NCBI GenBank assembly: GCA_045613785.1
Contig: JAZLBQ010000024.1
Span: forward strand, 1 to 64,000
DNA from: Candidatus Enterousia sp.
Lineage (GTDB): Bacteria; Pseudomonadota; Alphaproteobacteria; Rs-D84
Length of the DNA: 64,000 nt
Direction of reading: 5' to 3'
This document shows, piece by piece, positions 19,473 to 29,457 of this stretch (its first letter is position 1; every line of letters starts with the position of its first letter). The position numbers and the translations under genes are program-made. The notes below the pieces were generated by a model. It was not told the DNA's origin and did no database searches. It worked only from the letters and a program-made list of their open reading frames with translations.

Positions 19473-21791
19473 ATGGCAGGAAATTCAAGATTTTTACCGG
19501 GCAGTGTTGCCGAAGCTTTAAAAAGTTTATTAAATCGTGTCGTTGGGGCTGTGGTCTTGGGCGTGGGACTGTGGGCCATTGTGGCACTGGTGTTTTTTAA
19601 TCCGTATCTGGACGGTTTTGGTGTGGTAAGTGCATACGGGAGTCAATCTGTGATGGGCTGGTGCGTTGGGGCTTTGCGTTATGCAGTCGGTGTGCTGCCG
19701 GGATTGTTCATCTTGTTATGTGTCGCACGCTGGGGGGCGGCAAGGTTGATTGCGTTGGATTGTGGGGCAACGCCTGAGTATAATTTTTTACGTGGCTTTA
19801 TTGCGGTCTGTTTGGGGGCAACTGGGTTAGGTCTGATTTCTAGTTCGTCTGCATTTGGTGGCTTGTTCGGTGCAATTGCAGCAATGGATTTAGGAAAATT
19901 GCTGGGTGGGGCGGCACCTGTGGTTGGTGTTTTTTGTTTGGTGGCTTTTTTCTGGATTGGTGGGGTTATTTTGCATGTTAGATGGAGTCATGTTCGTTCA
20001 GCGTTGCGTTTGTTTGGTCGTTGGTTGCGGTGGATTGGGGCTGCATTTCATCTGCGTCAAGGATATGCAGTTGCACCGGTGCGGTCTGATAATGAATATG
20101 GGACTGTGACAGAAAGTAAAGATGATGATTTAGCGGTTCAGGATTTGCCACAAGAAGTTGTTGAAAAGCCAGAACCTGAAAAAGAACGTCGCAGTTTGTT
20201 GGCTCGCTGTGTTCAGAAAAAAGAAAAAGAAGAAAAGCCAAAGGCTGTGCCTGTGGTGGCGGCGGTTGTGCCACGGCGTATAAATGCATTGTCGGGATAT
20301 CGGTTGCCTGATCCAAAATTGTTGGAAAAATCAGCGACTTCTAAATATTCTGTAACTCCAGAATTGCGGCAGAATGCGTATGCAATGGAAACTCATTTTG
20401 CAGAATATGGTGTTGTTGGCAAGGTGGTCGCAATAAAACCAGGGCCGGTGGTTACGCTGTATGAATTTGAACCTGCACCAGGTTTGCGAATTGTTGATAT
20501 CGAAAAAACAAACAGAGATATGACTCGTGCAATGGCAGTGGAAAAATTCCGTATTGCTCAGTTGCCTAAATCAAACTATCTGGGGGTAGAGGTCGCAAAT
20601 ATTGAACGTCAGATGGTGCGTTATCGTTCGCTGATGGAAGATGATTTGTTTGTGAATTCTAAATATAAAATCCCGTTGGCGTTGGGGGTAAATATCGGTG
20701 GAAACCCAATGTATTTTGATTTGGCAAAAATGCCGCATATGCTGATTGCAGGACGAACTGGATCTGGTAAGTCGGTATTTGTCCAATCTATTATCACGTC
20801 GATTGTTTATCATTTTTCGCCAGATAAGTGCAAGTTGATGATTATTGACCCAAAAGGTGTGGATTTTGTGTTCTGGGATAATATTCCACACTTGATTACG
20901 CCAATCGTAAAGGCAGACCCGCAGGCGGCAATAAATGCGTTAAAGTGGGCTGTGCGTGAAATGGAAGACAGATTTAAGCGGTTGGGGCAGTTGAACGCAC
21001 GTAATATTGAAAGCTATAATGAAATTGTTGCACAAAAACGGGCAAATGGTGAAAAACTAACCAAGCAGGTGCCTGTTGGAACAGACGAAGAAACGGGTGA
21101 ATTGTTGTTTGAAACCCAAGAAGTTGATTTGTCTGATATGCCGTATCTGGTAATTATTATTGACGAGGTTGCAGACTTGATGGCGGTTGCACGCAAGGAT
21201 GTTGAATTGCAAGTGCAGCGTATTGCACAAAAGGCACGTGCCGCTGGTATCCATTTAATTATGGCAACCCAGCGACCAGACGCAACAATTATCACGGGTG
21301 TCATCAAGGCAAACTTCCCGACACGTGTTTCGTTCCAGGCCAGTAGCCGTATTGACAGTATGACTACACTTGGGGCAACCGGGGCAGAGCAGTTGTTAGC
21401 AATGGGGGATATGCTGTTTTCCGAAGGTGGACATCCGGCTGTTCGCTTGCACGGTGCATACATAAGCGACGAAGAATTGACCAGAATTGGGGATCATTGG
21501 CGTGCCCAGGGCGAGCCAGAATATGTTGATGGGGTAACTGCGTCTGATGATGGTGGTATCCCAGGAATGCCAGGTGCAATCCCAGGTGGTGGACGTGCAA
21601 AAGGTGGCGACGATCTGTATGAACAGGCAAAAGAAATAGTTTTACGTGATAAAAAACCGACTGTTTCATATATTCAGCGACGTTTGGGTATTGGCTATAA
21701 CAAGGCCGCAAGTTTGATTGAACGTATGGAAGAAGAAGGGGTTGTGTCAGCACCTGATGCGAATAACAAGCGTCAAATCCTGGTAAATTAA
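19473..21791 (+). CDS. ftsK: DNA translocase FtsK
   Basis: N-terminal TMs, PGPVVT.YE, MPHMLIAGRTGSGKS, IIDEVADL, ATQRP, gamma domain 'IQRRLGIGYNKAA'. Confidence 0.97.
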   Translation: MAGNSRFLPGSVAEALKSLLNRVVGAVVLGVGLWAIVALVFFNPYLDGFGVVSAYGSQSVMGWCVGALRYAVGVLPGLFILLCVARWGAARLIALDCGATPEYNFLRGFIAVCLGATGLGLISSSSAFGGLFGAIAAMDLGKLLGGAAPVVGVFCLVAFFWIGGVILHVRWSHVRSALRLFGRWLRWIGAAFHLRQGYAVAPVRSDNEYGTVTESKDDDLAVQDLPQEVVEKPEPEKERRSLLARCVQKKEKEEKPKAVPVVAAVVPRRINALSGYRLPDPKLLEKSATSKYSVTPELRQNAYAMETHFAEYGVVGKVVAIKPGPVVTLYEFEPAPGLRIVDIEKTNRDMTRAMAVEKFRIAQLPKSNYLGVEVANIERQMVRYRSLMEDDLFVNSKYKIPLALGVNIGGNPMYFDLAKMPHMLIAGRTGSGKSVFVQSIITSIVYHFSPDKCKLMIIDPKGVDFVFWDNIPHLITPIVKADPQAAINALKWAVREMEDRFKRLGQLNARNIESYNEIVAQKRANGEKLTKQVPVGTDEETGELLFETQEVDLSDMPYLVIIIDEVADLMAVARKDVELQVQRIAQKARAAGIHLIMATQRPDATIITGVIKANFPTRVSFQASSRIDSMTTLGATGAEQLLAMGDMLFSEGGHPAVRLHGAYISDEELTRIGDHWRAQGEPEYVDGVTASDDGGIPGMPGAIPGGGRAKGGDDLYEQAKEIVLRDKKPTVSYIQRRLGIGYNKAASLIERMEEEGVVSAPDANNKRQILVN

Positions 21792-21796
21792 ATATA

Positions 21797-21993
21797 ATAA
21801 TTCATCTATGCGTAAATCCGTTGGCTCATGTATGTTCAATGCACTACGCCAACGGATTTTCACATATCTAAACTATTCTATTTAATTTCACTTATTTGTT
21901 GATAATTCATCTGCGAATGGTGTCGTTCCTTTATGTCGCTTCTGGACACTGCGGGGACGGCACTGTCCGCATCTAAATCATTCTATTTAATTT
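21797..21993 (+). repeat. Two tandem 92-nt hairpin units (period 105 nt)
   Basis: Each unit is ataattcatct + 18-nt arm + 22-nt loop + 18-nt arm + atctaaa(ct/tc)attctatttaattt. Confidence 0.85.
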
Positions 21994-22006
21994 GCAATTG
22001 TGGGGT

Positions 22007-22032
22007 AAAAAAATCCCCCAATCGGGGGATTG
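22007..22032. terminator. Terminator hairpin between ftsK and secB
   Basis: aaaaaaatccccc-aatc-gggggatt; T-run lies on the minus strand. Confidence 0.75.
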
Positions 22033-22048
22033 TTATAATATTTTTTTC

Positions 22049-22489
22049 TTAGGCCTGTTGTGCCTGAGATTGTCTTTGGTTATACAACTGTTCAAAGTCA
22101 ACAGGTTGCATTGTAAATGCAGGGAAGCCTGATTCAGATGTCAGACGGGTAATCAGACCACGGACTGTTGGGAATAACAATGTTGGAACGTCAATCAACA
22201 ATGTTTTTTTCTTGGTTTCGTCATCGATTTTTTCTTCGCCTAACTGAACCAAGCCTGAATATGTTGATTCAATCAAAAAGATTGATTTTTCGCCAGCTTC
22301 TAATTTTGAATGAACTTTGGTAATCAGATCAACCATGAATAAATTGTTTTCTGCACCCTTAATCTGAATGTCGATTTTGATTTCCAATTTTGCCTGGCCA
22401 TTGTCCGATTTAAAGAATAATTCTGGGACGTTTGGACTTTCAAATGAGATGTCTTTCAAAAATTGTGAGATGATATTAAAATTTGCCAT
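22049..22489 (-). CDS. secB: Protein-export chaperone SecB
   Basis: QFLKDISFESPN, LLFP.VR, SGFP...QPVDFEQLY. Confidence 0.95.
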   Translation of the reverse strand: MANFNIISQFLKDISFESPNVPELFFKSDNGQAKLEIKIDIQIKGAENNLFMVDLITKVHSKLEAGEKSIFLIESTYSGLVQLGEEKIDDETKKKTLLIDVPTLLFPTVRGLITRLTSESGFPAFTMQPVDFEQLYNQRQSQAQQA

Positions 22490-22599
22490 TTGTTTTCTCC
22501 TTAAATCTGATTCTGGCTAATGTAAGTCTGGACTTTGATCCGTGTTTTATGCTAATATAGCATTATAAAAAGTTTTTACAAGTGGGAGGACCGAATAAA

Positions 22600-23700
22600 A
22601 TGCGTTTTTTACAAAAAAAATTGATTTTTCGGGTTGTTTTAGGGGTGTGTGCGGCTGTTGCTTTGGCAGGATGTGATGTTTCAACGCCTACTGTTTCTGG
22701 GGATAATTCGGTTATTCCGTCTAATTTTAAAAAGGTTTCATACAATGATTTGCCTGGATGGCGTGAAGATGATGTTCGATATGCGTTGCAGGCTTTTCGT
22801 AATTCGTGTAAGGCGAAAATTCAATATACAGGGCGTTTAATCCCAGATAAAGAATTGTTCGCAGAAAAGTGCAGAATGTTGCCGTCTGCATCCGCAGATG
22901 TTGCAACTGTGCGTGCGTGGTTTGAGTCTAATTTTCAACCTTATCAGATATTTAATGAAAACGGTGGTGATAAAGGGACTTATACAGGTTATTATTCTCC
23001 TATTATTCCTGCGTGCAGAACCAAGACCGCACAATGTAATGAACCTTTGATGGGAATCCCAACAGATGGACGCAAATACAAGGGCGTCCCAAAGAAGGAT
23101 ATTGTTGAACAGAAAATAGGGCGAGTCTTATACTGGGCAAATATTGTTGATGTGCAAAATATTCAAATTCAAGGCTCTGGTAATCTAAGGTTGGAAGACG
23201 GAACAGATGTAAAACTGAATTTTGCCGCTGTCAATGATATGCCTTTTAAGTCAATTGGTGAAGAATTGCGTAATCGTGGAATTAGACCTGCTGGTGGTTT
23301 TTCTTCTGAAGCGGTCTGGCAGCACCTGAAAGCAAATCCAACCTTGGCCAAAGATGTTATCTATAAAAATCCAAGATATGTTTATTTCTATGAATCTGTG
23401 CCACCAGATGTTATTGGAAAACTAGGAACACCGTTGTCTAAGATAAGAAGTGTTGCAATGGATGATGATTTATATACACTGGGATTGCCTGTCTATGTGA
23501 ATACAAATTTGTCAGATGGGCGTTCGTTTCGTCGCTTGATGATTGCTCAGGATACAGGCAGTGCAATTCGTGGATGGATTCGTGCTGATATATTCTTTGG
23601 CAAAGGGGACGAAGCATATAAATTCGCCCAGGGACAACATGCACAAGGACAAATGTTTATACTGATGCCAAAAGAATATACTTATGTCAAACCACGATAA
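22600..23700 (+). CDS. mltA: Membrane-bound lytic murein transglycosylase A (lipoprotein)
   Basis: Lipobox LAGC, TGYYSP, IQGSG, NPRYVYF, AQDTGSAIRG..RADIFFG. Confidence 0.92.
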   Translation: MRFLQKKLIFRVVLGVCAAVALAGCDVSTPTVSGDNSVIPSNFKKVSYNDLPGWREDDVRYALQAFRNSCKAKIQYTGRLIPDKELFAEKCRMLPSASADVATVRAWFESNFQPYQIFNENGGDKGTYTGYYSPIIPACRTKTAQCNEPLMGIPTDGRKYKGVPKKDIVEQKIGRVLYWANIVDVQNIQIQGSGNLRLEDGTDVKLNFAAVNDMPFKSIGEELRNRGIRPAGGFSSEAVWQHLKANPTLAKDVIYKNPRYVYFYESVPPDVIGKLGTPLSKIRSVAMDDDLYTLGLPVYVNTNLSDGRSFRRLMIAQDTGSAIRGWIRADIFFGKGDEAYKFAQGQHAQGQMFILMPKEYTYVKPR

Positions 23701-24013
23701 AAAGTTAAATGAACGCTTGAAACGCCCCCAAACAATCGCAGGGGCGTTGGGTGGTTTGATTCAAGTGTTTGGTGTAAGGGCATCTGATTCTGATTTGGTG
23801 CAACGTTGGGCAGAAATTATGGGGCCTGATATTGCTGCAATCGCTGCGTTGGCCGCAATTAAAAAAAATCGTGATAAGACTTTTAATGTGGTTATTAGAC
23901 CTACTGTTCCTGCGTATGCGTTGCAGTTGTCTTATCAGTCAGATGAAATAATAAAACGAATAAATAAATACTTTGGCTATGACGCCGTTAGCAAAATAAG
24001 TTTTAGAAAATGA
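23684..24013 (+). CDS. DUF721/DciA-family protein
   Basis: 'W.EIMGP.IA', 'ALQLSY...II.RIN.YFGY.AVSKI'. Confidence 0.8.
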   Translation: MSNHDKKLNERLKRPQTIAGALGGLIQVFGVRASDSDLVQRWAEIMGPDIAAIAALAAIKKNRDKTFNVVIRPTVPAYALQLSYQSDEIIKRINKYFGYDAVSKISFRK

Positions 24014-24489
24014 CAAAACGTGTTTTGGGAATTGATCCAGGTTTAATTCATACAGGTTGGGCAGTCGTTGATTCTGTTGGACAATCACGTAAATATGTTG
24101 CCAGTGGTGTTATTTTGCCGAAAACAAAGTTGCCTTTTGCGGAAAGGTTGGCAACAATTTTTCAGGGAATAACAGATTTGTGTGAACAATTTGAACCTGA
24201 TGAATGCAGTATTGAAATCACGTTTGTAAATAAAAATCCGCAGACCACATTGATTTTAGGACATGCACGTGCCGCAGCAATTGTAGCCGTGGCAAATAAA
24301 AATATTCCAGTATTCGAATATGAACCAAACAAAATTAAAAAAGCACTGACAGGGGCAGGGCATGCCGATAAAAGTGCTGTTGATAAAATGGTCAAGATTT
24401 TACTGCCAGTTGCTAACCCAAAGACCCCGGATGAAGCAGATGCTATTGCTATTGCGTTGGCACATACTAATATGATGCGATTGGGATAA
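24010..24489 (+). CDS. ruvC: Holliday junction resolvase RuvC
   Basis: LGIDPG, IE.TF, LGHAR, TG.GHADK, DEADAIAIALAH. Confidence 0.96.
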   Translation: MTKRVLGIDPGLIHTGWAVVDSVGQSRKYVASGVILPKTKLPFAERLATIFQGITDLCEQFEPDECSIEITFVNKNPQTTLILGHARAAAIVAVANKNIPVFEYEPNKIKKALTGAGHADKSAVDKMVKILLPVANPKTPDEADAIAIALAHTNMMRLG

Positions 24490-24544
24490 ATTTTGTCTTT
24501 TATAATGGGGGGATTTGTGATAAAATTGCCTGTATAGAGAGAAT

Positions 24545-26443
24545 ATGAAATTTTTTAAGCGATTTTTGCTGTTCGTTTTTTGTTTCTTGCCAGCGGTTGC
24601 AGGGGCAGATGTTGCAACTACTGCGGGCAGTAATTTAACAGCCTGGAACGGTAATGCCGGGGCAACAAATAATAATAATTGGAACCAAATGATGAACAGT
24701 CGAACCCAGGCAACAGGTGCGGTTGGTGCAGGGGCAACGGCTGATTTTGGAAACTGTAATTCTTTGATTTTGCGTTGTGCACAGCCAAAGTGTTCGGGAT
24801 GTAATACAATGGAAATTGCACGCTCAATCGTTGCAGGGTGTGTCAATAGTAATGATGTCTGTAAAAAATATGGTGATGATTTAGTAGAATTTATTTCTGC
24901 ACAAATGGTGTCTAATGCAACTAGCAAGGCACAACAGGCAGAAATCGCAGCTCAGCAGCAGGCGGCCAGTGTGGCTGCTGCACAAAATAGTGCACAGTTG
25001 CAACAGATGCAGGCTCAAATGCAACAGATGCAATATGATATTCAACAACAAAATGCACAGCAGTTGGCACAAATGCAGGTCGCTTTGGACGAACAAAAGG
25101 CAATGACAGCAGCGGCAATGGAAAAGCAGGCAGAATCACAGTCTGTGTCAAATTCGGCAGTTGCATCAAATAATACGACATTGACTGATGAACAAGTGGC
25201 AGCTGCACAGCAGGGTGTTGCAGCAGATATTCTGGCACGTCAGCAGATTTCTGGACAGATTATGTCCAAGATTGAGTCAGCAGAAGTTGCGTTGAAATCA
25301 TTAAAGGCAACAATGAATAATGCTTTTGAATATGCTGGCTGTGATATGTCAGGGAATAATTGTGTTGGACCAAAACGTGTTCAGGTGTTCAAGACCAAGG
25401 CTTTGCAGTTCTTTGAACCATATAATGATGTGTTGGACGAATTGTATGATGCTTTGATTATTGCACAGGCGGTTGGTGTTGATATCACAGATATTTATAT
25501 GATGTTAAATGGTTCTTGTAATGTGTGGGGGGAATATCTGTGTTCTGATACTGCACGTGAAGTATATAATAGTGATAATTGTCAAAATGGTCGCTCGGTA
25601 AAATCGGGAAATACAAATGGTGGGGCAGAATGTTATGATGGTCAGGTTATCCCAGCCGAAGATAGTCCTGCTTGTGTTCTGCAACGGACATTAAAAGACC
25701 AAGAAGAGGTGCAAAGAAATTGGCTGTATGCAGAAACAGGGGATCGTGATGATATGATTCGTGTTGGCTGTGCATCGGCGGCACTGGATTCGTCTGTGTT
25801 TTTCAGAAATCGTAAAAAGCAGGCGACAATTGATATCGAAATATTGGAACGGATTATTGAACAAGATGCACCTGCAATATTTGGTGGTAATCGTTTGGCG
25901 GCAGCAACAAAACCAGACCCAGATGGGGTAAAGTATTGTGCTGTAACATCAACGGGATATCAGGAACTGCAAAAGGCTGCTGCAACAAAAACTTTACCAA
26001 AGAAGGTCTGTGTGGCAGATTCGAAACTAGCGGGGTTGTGGACATCAGGTGGTGCTGTTTCGGCGGATGTTTCTGATGCAGTTCAGGTATTGGCGGCACA
26101 TGCCAAATGCCAGTCCAAGAAAGGGCCAGATTGGGTGCGGTGTTTGTGTGAAAGTTCATCAGATAACGAAGCTTATTGGGATAGACAAAGTAATAAATGT
26201 TTATGCGTGTCCAAAGATAAGAGTTTTGATACGGACTCAGCCAGGTGCATGAAGTCTGGTGAAACGGTGGATAATAATACAAAGTCGTATAGTTTGTATA
26301 TGTCGTGTGTGACGACGGGGGGAACACCAAATTTTGGTGTCAATTATGGTGATGTTTGTGTGTGTGATAAAACATCATATAATCCCGTGACTAAGAAATG
26401 TGTTGATGGTTTTATGGGAAATAAGATAGTTATAGATAAATAG
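24545..26443 (+). CDS. Secreted Cys-rich protein with a Gln-rich coiled-coil segment, 632 aa
   Basis: Signal peptide (…AGA/DV); Q/A-rich stretch; many paired Cys; no family recognised. Confidence 0.8.
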   Translation: MKFFKRFLLFVFCFLPAVAGADVATTAGSNLTAWNGNAGATNNNNWNQMMNSRTQATGAVGAGATADFGNCNSLILRCAQPKCSGCNTMEIARSIVAGCVNSNDVCKKYGDDLVEFISAQMVSNATSKAQQAEIAAQQQAASVAAAQNSAQLQQMQAQMQQMQYDIQQQNAQQLAQMQVALDEQKAMTAAAMEKQAESQSVSNSAVASNNTTLTDEQVAAAQQGVAADILARQQISGQIMSKIESAEVALKSLKATMNNAFEYAGCDMSGNNCVGPKRVQVFKTKALQFFEPYNDVLDELYDALIIAQAVGVDITDIYMMLNGSCNVWGEYLCSDTAREVYNSDNCQNGRSVKSGNTNGGAECYDGQVIPAEDSPACVLQRTLKDQEEVQRNWLYAETGDRDDMIRVGCASAALDSSVFFRNRKKQATIDIEILERIIEQDAPAIFGGNRLAAATKPDPDGVKYCAVTSTGYQELQKAAATKTLPKKVCVADSKLAGLWTSGGAVSADVSDAVQVLAAHAKCQSKKGPDWVRCLCESSSDNEAYWDRQSNKCLCVSKDKSFDTDSARCMKSGETVDNNTKSYSLYMSCVTTGGTPNFGVNYGDVCVCDKTSYNPVTKKCVDGFMGNKIVIDK

Positions 26444-26444
26444 A

Positions 26445-27188
26445 ATGAAAAGAATTAAATGTATTTTTGCTGTTGTATTGTTCTGCCTGGGGCTGGGTGG
26501 GGTGGTTTTGCCTGCTGGGGCGGCGGATAATGGATGTGATAAAGAACAAAATGATAAAATTGTGCCGGAACTGGCACTGTGTTCAACACACGCATATAAT
26601 ATTGGGGCAACACGAAACCCGTCAGGGGCAGATAAACAGTTGATGAAGGATGTTGTGGCGTTGAAAACAACTGTTATGGCACAACAGATGAATAAACAAT
26701 ATGAATACTTAGAAGCGATGATTCGCAGATTCAAGATTCAATTAGAAAAAGCTGTTTTAACAACAGGGCTGGAAGCCAAGGGTGCCACCAGCACTAGTTC
26801 TAGCAGTTCAGGAAATTCTGGTTTTAAGTCAAATGATCGTAATATCTTTATGGCAGGGGTCAAAAACTGTAATAATGAATTGTTGCCAACCGATGTTATG
26901 ACGTGTTTGAATGCGAATATGAATACTATATCAAATATGTCGAGTAATGCAGATAATATTAGTTTGGAAATACGCAAGCAGTTGGCAAACGATTTTAATT
27001 TGTTGGATACAACTACTGTAAAAGATCAGGTGTGTGTTACAAAATCAAAAACAAATGGCAAAGACTGCTTAAAATATAATGAAATTTCCAAGAAAAAGGA
27101 TTTTCAGGAATGTTTTGATAATATGCGTTCGTGTCTGCGAAACAAGAGCTATGCGTTGAGTCAGGCCGCACAGCAAAAAAAACAATAA
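26445..27188 (+). CDS. Secreted helical Cys-containing hypothetical protein, 247 aa
   Basis: Signal peptide; starts 1 nt after the previous stop. Confidence 0.8.
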   Translation: MKRIKCIFAVVLFCLGLGGVVLPAGAADNGCDKEQNDKIVPELALCSTHAYNIGATRNPSGADKQLMKDVVALKTTVMAQQMNKQYEYLEAMIRRFKIQLEKAVLTTGLEAKGATSTSSSSSGNSGFKSNDRNIFMAGVKNCNNELLPTDVMTCLNANMNTISNMSSNADNISLEIRKQLANDFNLLDTTTVKDQVCVTKSKTNGKDCLKYNEISKKKDFQECFDNMRSCLRNKSYALSQAAQQKKQ

Positions 27189-27277
27189 TTATTTGCTCCC
27201 ACGATTGTGGGGGATTTTTTTATTCTTTTTTATGATGAATATTTATGATATAATTTCACCAAAAGGAGTTGTTTATT

Positions 27278-28570
27278 ATGAAAAAATTAGGTTCTGTTTT
27301 TGTTGGTTTGTTGACGGCCTTGGCTGTGGTAAATGCAGATGCTGCAACAAATTGGGGAACACGTGCAGGTTCAAGTGCAGATTTGTCAGGAACACCCGCA
27401 ACACGAACACGTGAAAATGTAAATTATGAAAAATACCAAACACGGACTTTGACCAAGACATATGAATCAAAAGATGCAGGGGATTTGTATTATTCAAAAC
27501 CTGCAAGTCGTAGTGCTTTGTATAAACAATATGAAGGGGCAGGGTCAGCATCCGCAAAGGCTTCTAAGACAACAACACGCACAACACGTTCGGAAAAAGT
27601 TGTCAATAAGATGAAACGTAAATATTTCTTGGCTCATCCGTTCTATCAGCCGTTGGAAGGTATGTTTGGTGCACATACAGATTTGTCTTATAACACCAAT
27701 TCATATGATTTTACAATCAATCAGACTGTTCCGGTATTTGATTCTTTGGGCGGAACAGCAGATTTGTATTGGAATGGCCATGGCGGTAAATGGAATATGT
27801 CTGGATTTTCAATCAAAGAAGATTTCAGTTATGGTATCACAGACCGTATCGCTTTGATGGCAATGTTGCAGTATGATTCAAATGAATACAAATTTGAATG
27901 GGATGATGAATCACCAGATGACAAAATGGACGACAGTGGTTTGAATCTGATTGGGTTCGGTGGACAGTGGCGTTTCGTTGATAACGAAAAGTGGATTGGA
28001 ACAGCCAGTGCTTATTTCCAGCACCAGAAAGATATTGCGAATAACTTTGTTCTGGAATTAAAAGGTGGATACAAAGTTTCGTCTTCAACAATATACGGAC
28101 TGGCACGTGGTTGGTATGTTGATTTGGAAGGTAATTCATATGGTAATGGTATAAGTGGAATAAATCCGCTGGGAACAGAATCAACAATGTATTTGCCTTA
28201 TCAGGTTGGTGATGGCAGCGTTATGTATCTGGAAGCAGGGTTGGGTGTGTTTAGTGTCTTGAACGAAGATTGGACATTGAATGTAGAGGCAATCCTTGGC
28301 AACTATGATTGGCACAACCAGGGCAGTATCAAGGGGGCAATCGGTTGGCAGCCAAATGATTGGTTCGCATTAAACCTGTATGCAAAAATGGTTGTTTTTG
28401 ACAGTGCAGATGGAAAAGATTTGGGATTCTATTGGAAAGAATCAGGTGCATATTATGAAGGTGAAGGCGGAACAGCTGTTGAAATGGCTGACTTTACAAA
28501 ACTGGGAACTGTTGAAGTTGATAACTATGCAGAAACTAAGATTGGCTTGCAGGTTATGTTCCAGTTCTAG
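27278..28570 (+). CDS. Putative outer-membrane beta-barrel protein
   Basis: Signal peptide, amphipathic aromatic-rich strands, C-terminal 'LQVMFQF'; SD aaggag. Confidence 0.75.
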   Translation: MKKLGSVFVGLLTALAVVNADAATNWGTRAGSSADLSGTPATRTRENVNYEKYQTRTLTKTYESKDAGDLYYSKPASRSALYKQYEGAGSASAKASKTTTRTTRSEKVVNKMKRKYFLAHPFYQPLEGMFGAHTDLSYNTNSYDFTINQTVPVFDSLGGTADLYWNGHGGKWNMSGFSIKEDFSYGITDRIALMAMLQYDSNEYKFEWDDESPDDKMDDSGLNLIGFGGQWRFVDNEKWIGTASAYFQHQKDIANNFVLELKGGYKVSSSTIYGLARGWYVDLEGNSYGNGISGINPLGTESTMYLPYQVGDGSVMYLEAGLGVFSVLNEDWTLNVEAILGNYDWHNQGSIKGAIGWQPNDWFALNLYAKMVVFDSADGKDLGFYWKESGAYYEGEGGTAVEMADFTKLGTVEVDNYAETKIGLQVMFQF

Positions 28571-28589
28571 TCGATTAAAGACAAAAATA

Positions 28590-28621
28590 ATATTGCCCCA
28601 GGTTTAGGCTTGGGGCAATAT
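28590..28621 (+). terminator. Long hairpin (terminator or stabiliser)
   Basis: atattgcccca...tggggcaatat; weak T tail. Confidence 0.5.
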
Positions 28622-28644
28622 CCTTAGACGGAGAGAGGGAGTTT

Positions 28645-29382
28645 ATGAAAAAATTTTTTTCAACTGTTTTTTTGGGACTTGCAGTTTTGATGCCGACTTT
28701 TGTTCGGGCAAATGATATATCGGTTGATACGTCTGACCCGTTGTTCTTGCAGGCTCAGGAAGAGATATTGACCAAAAGTTCAATCACATATTGGGATCAT
28801 ATTTTGCGTGTGGGACAATCTGCATCATATGGTATGAATGAACGATTGGCACTGGGAATCGATGTAAATTATCAGCATGATTTTAATGGTGATGAAGATG
28901 GTTTTGCGGCTGTTGATATTGGTGGGTTATACCGGTTGTCGGGGGCAGGTGATAACAGTGCAAATATAATTTCTGATGTTATTTTTGGTTTTAAGTTCGG
29001 TGGTAGTTCACAGGTCAGAACCCCGGATTATGCTGATTCTACGTATTATGCAGGATTGAGATTCGGTCGGCAATGGGCAGGTTTGACATTGGCTGCGACA
29101 ATTAAATCGACATGGGTGTTTGATGATACTCGTGGGGTGGCGTTTTTAGACTTTTCACCAGAGGCTTATTTTAGAACTTCGCCTGATTGGCGTATCGGGG
29201 CAGGCTTTACAGTGCGTAAGGCAACCCACAAAGATCAAATTGATGGAACAGATTTTGACCAGGAATGGTTGCATTTCAAAGTTGTTCGTCAATATGGACG
29301 CACGCAATACATTGGTCATGTTGACTTTGAATTCGAATCCGATGATGCCCAGATTGGGGGACGGATAAATATCTTGTTCTGA
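28645..29382 (+). CDS. Putative outer-membrane beta-barrel protein
   Basis: Signal peptide, alternating beta strands, C-terminal 'GGRINILF'. Confidence 0.7.
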   Translation: MKKFFSTVFLGLAVLMPTFVRANDISVDTSDPLFLQAQEEILTKSSITYWDHILRVGQSASYGMNERLALGIDVNYQHDFNGDEDGFAAVDIGGLYRLSGAGDNSANIISDVIFGFKFGGSSQVRTPDYADSTYYAGLRFGRQWAGLTLAATIKSTWVFDDTRGVAFLDFSPEAYFRTSPDWRIGAGFTVRKATHKDQIDGTDFDQEWLHFKVVRQYGRTQYIGHVDFEFESDDAQIGGRINILF

Positions 29383-29410
29383 TGAAAGGTTTGATAGTTT
29401 GTAAAAAAAT

Positions 29411-29449
29411 AAATCCACCAGTTTAGATGTCAACTGGTGGTTTGTTTTT
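29411..29449. terminator. Bidirectional terminator
   Basis: ccaccagtt-loop-aactggtgg flanked by A- and T-rich runs, between convergent genes. Confidence 0.75.
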
Positions 29450-29457
29450 AGTTGTTT

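Noticed and set aside
21797-21993. Mini CRISPR array
   Set aside because: Only two units; the variable parts are self-complementary hairpins of fixed geometry rather than spacers; no cas genes in the window.
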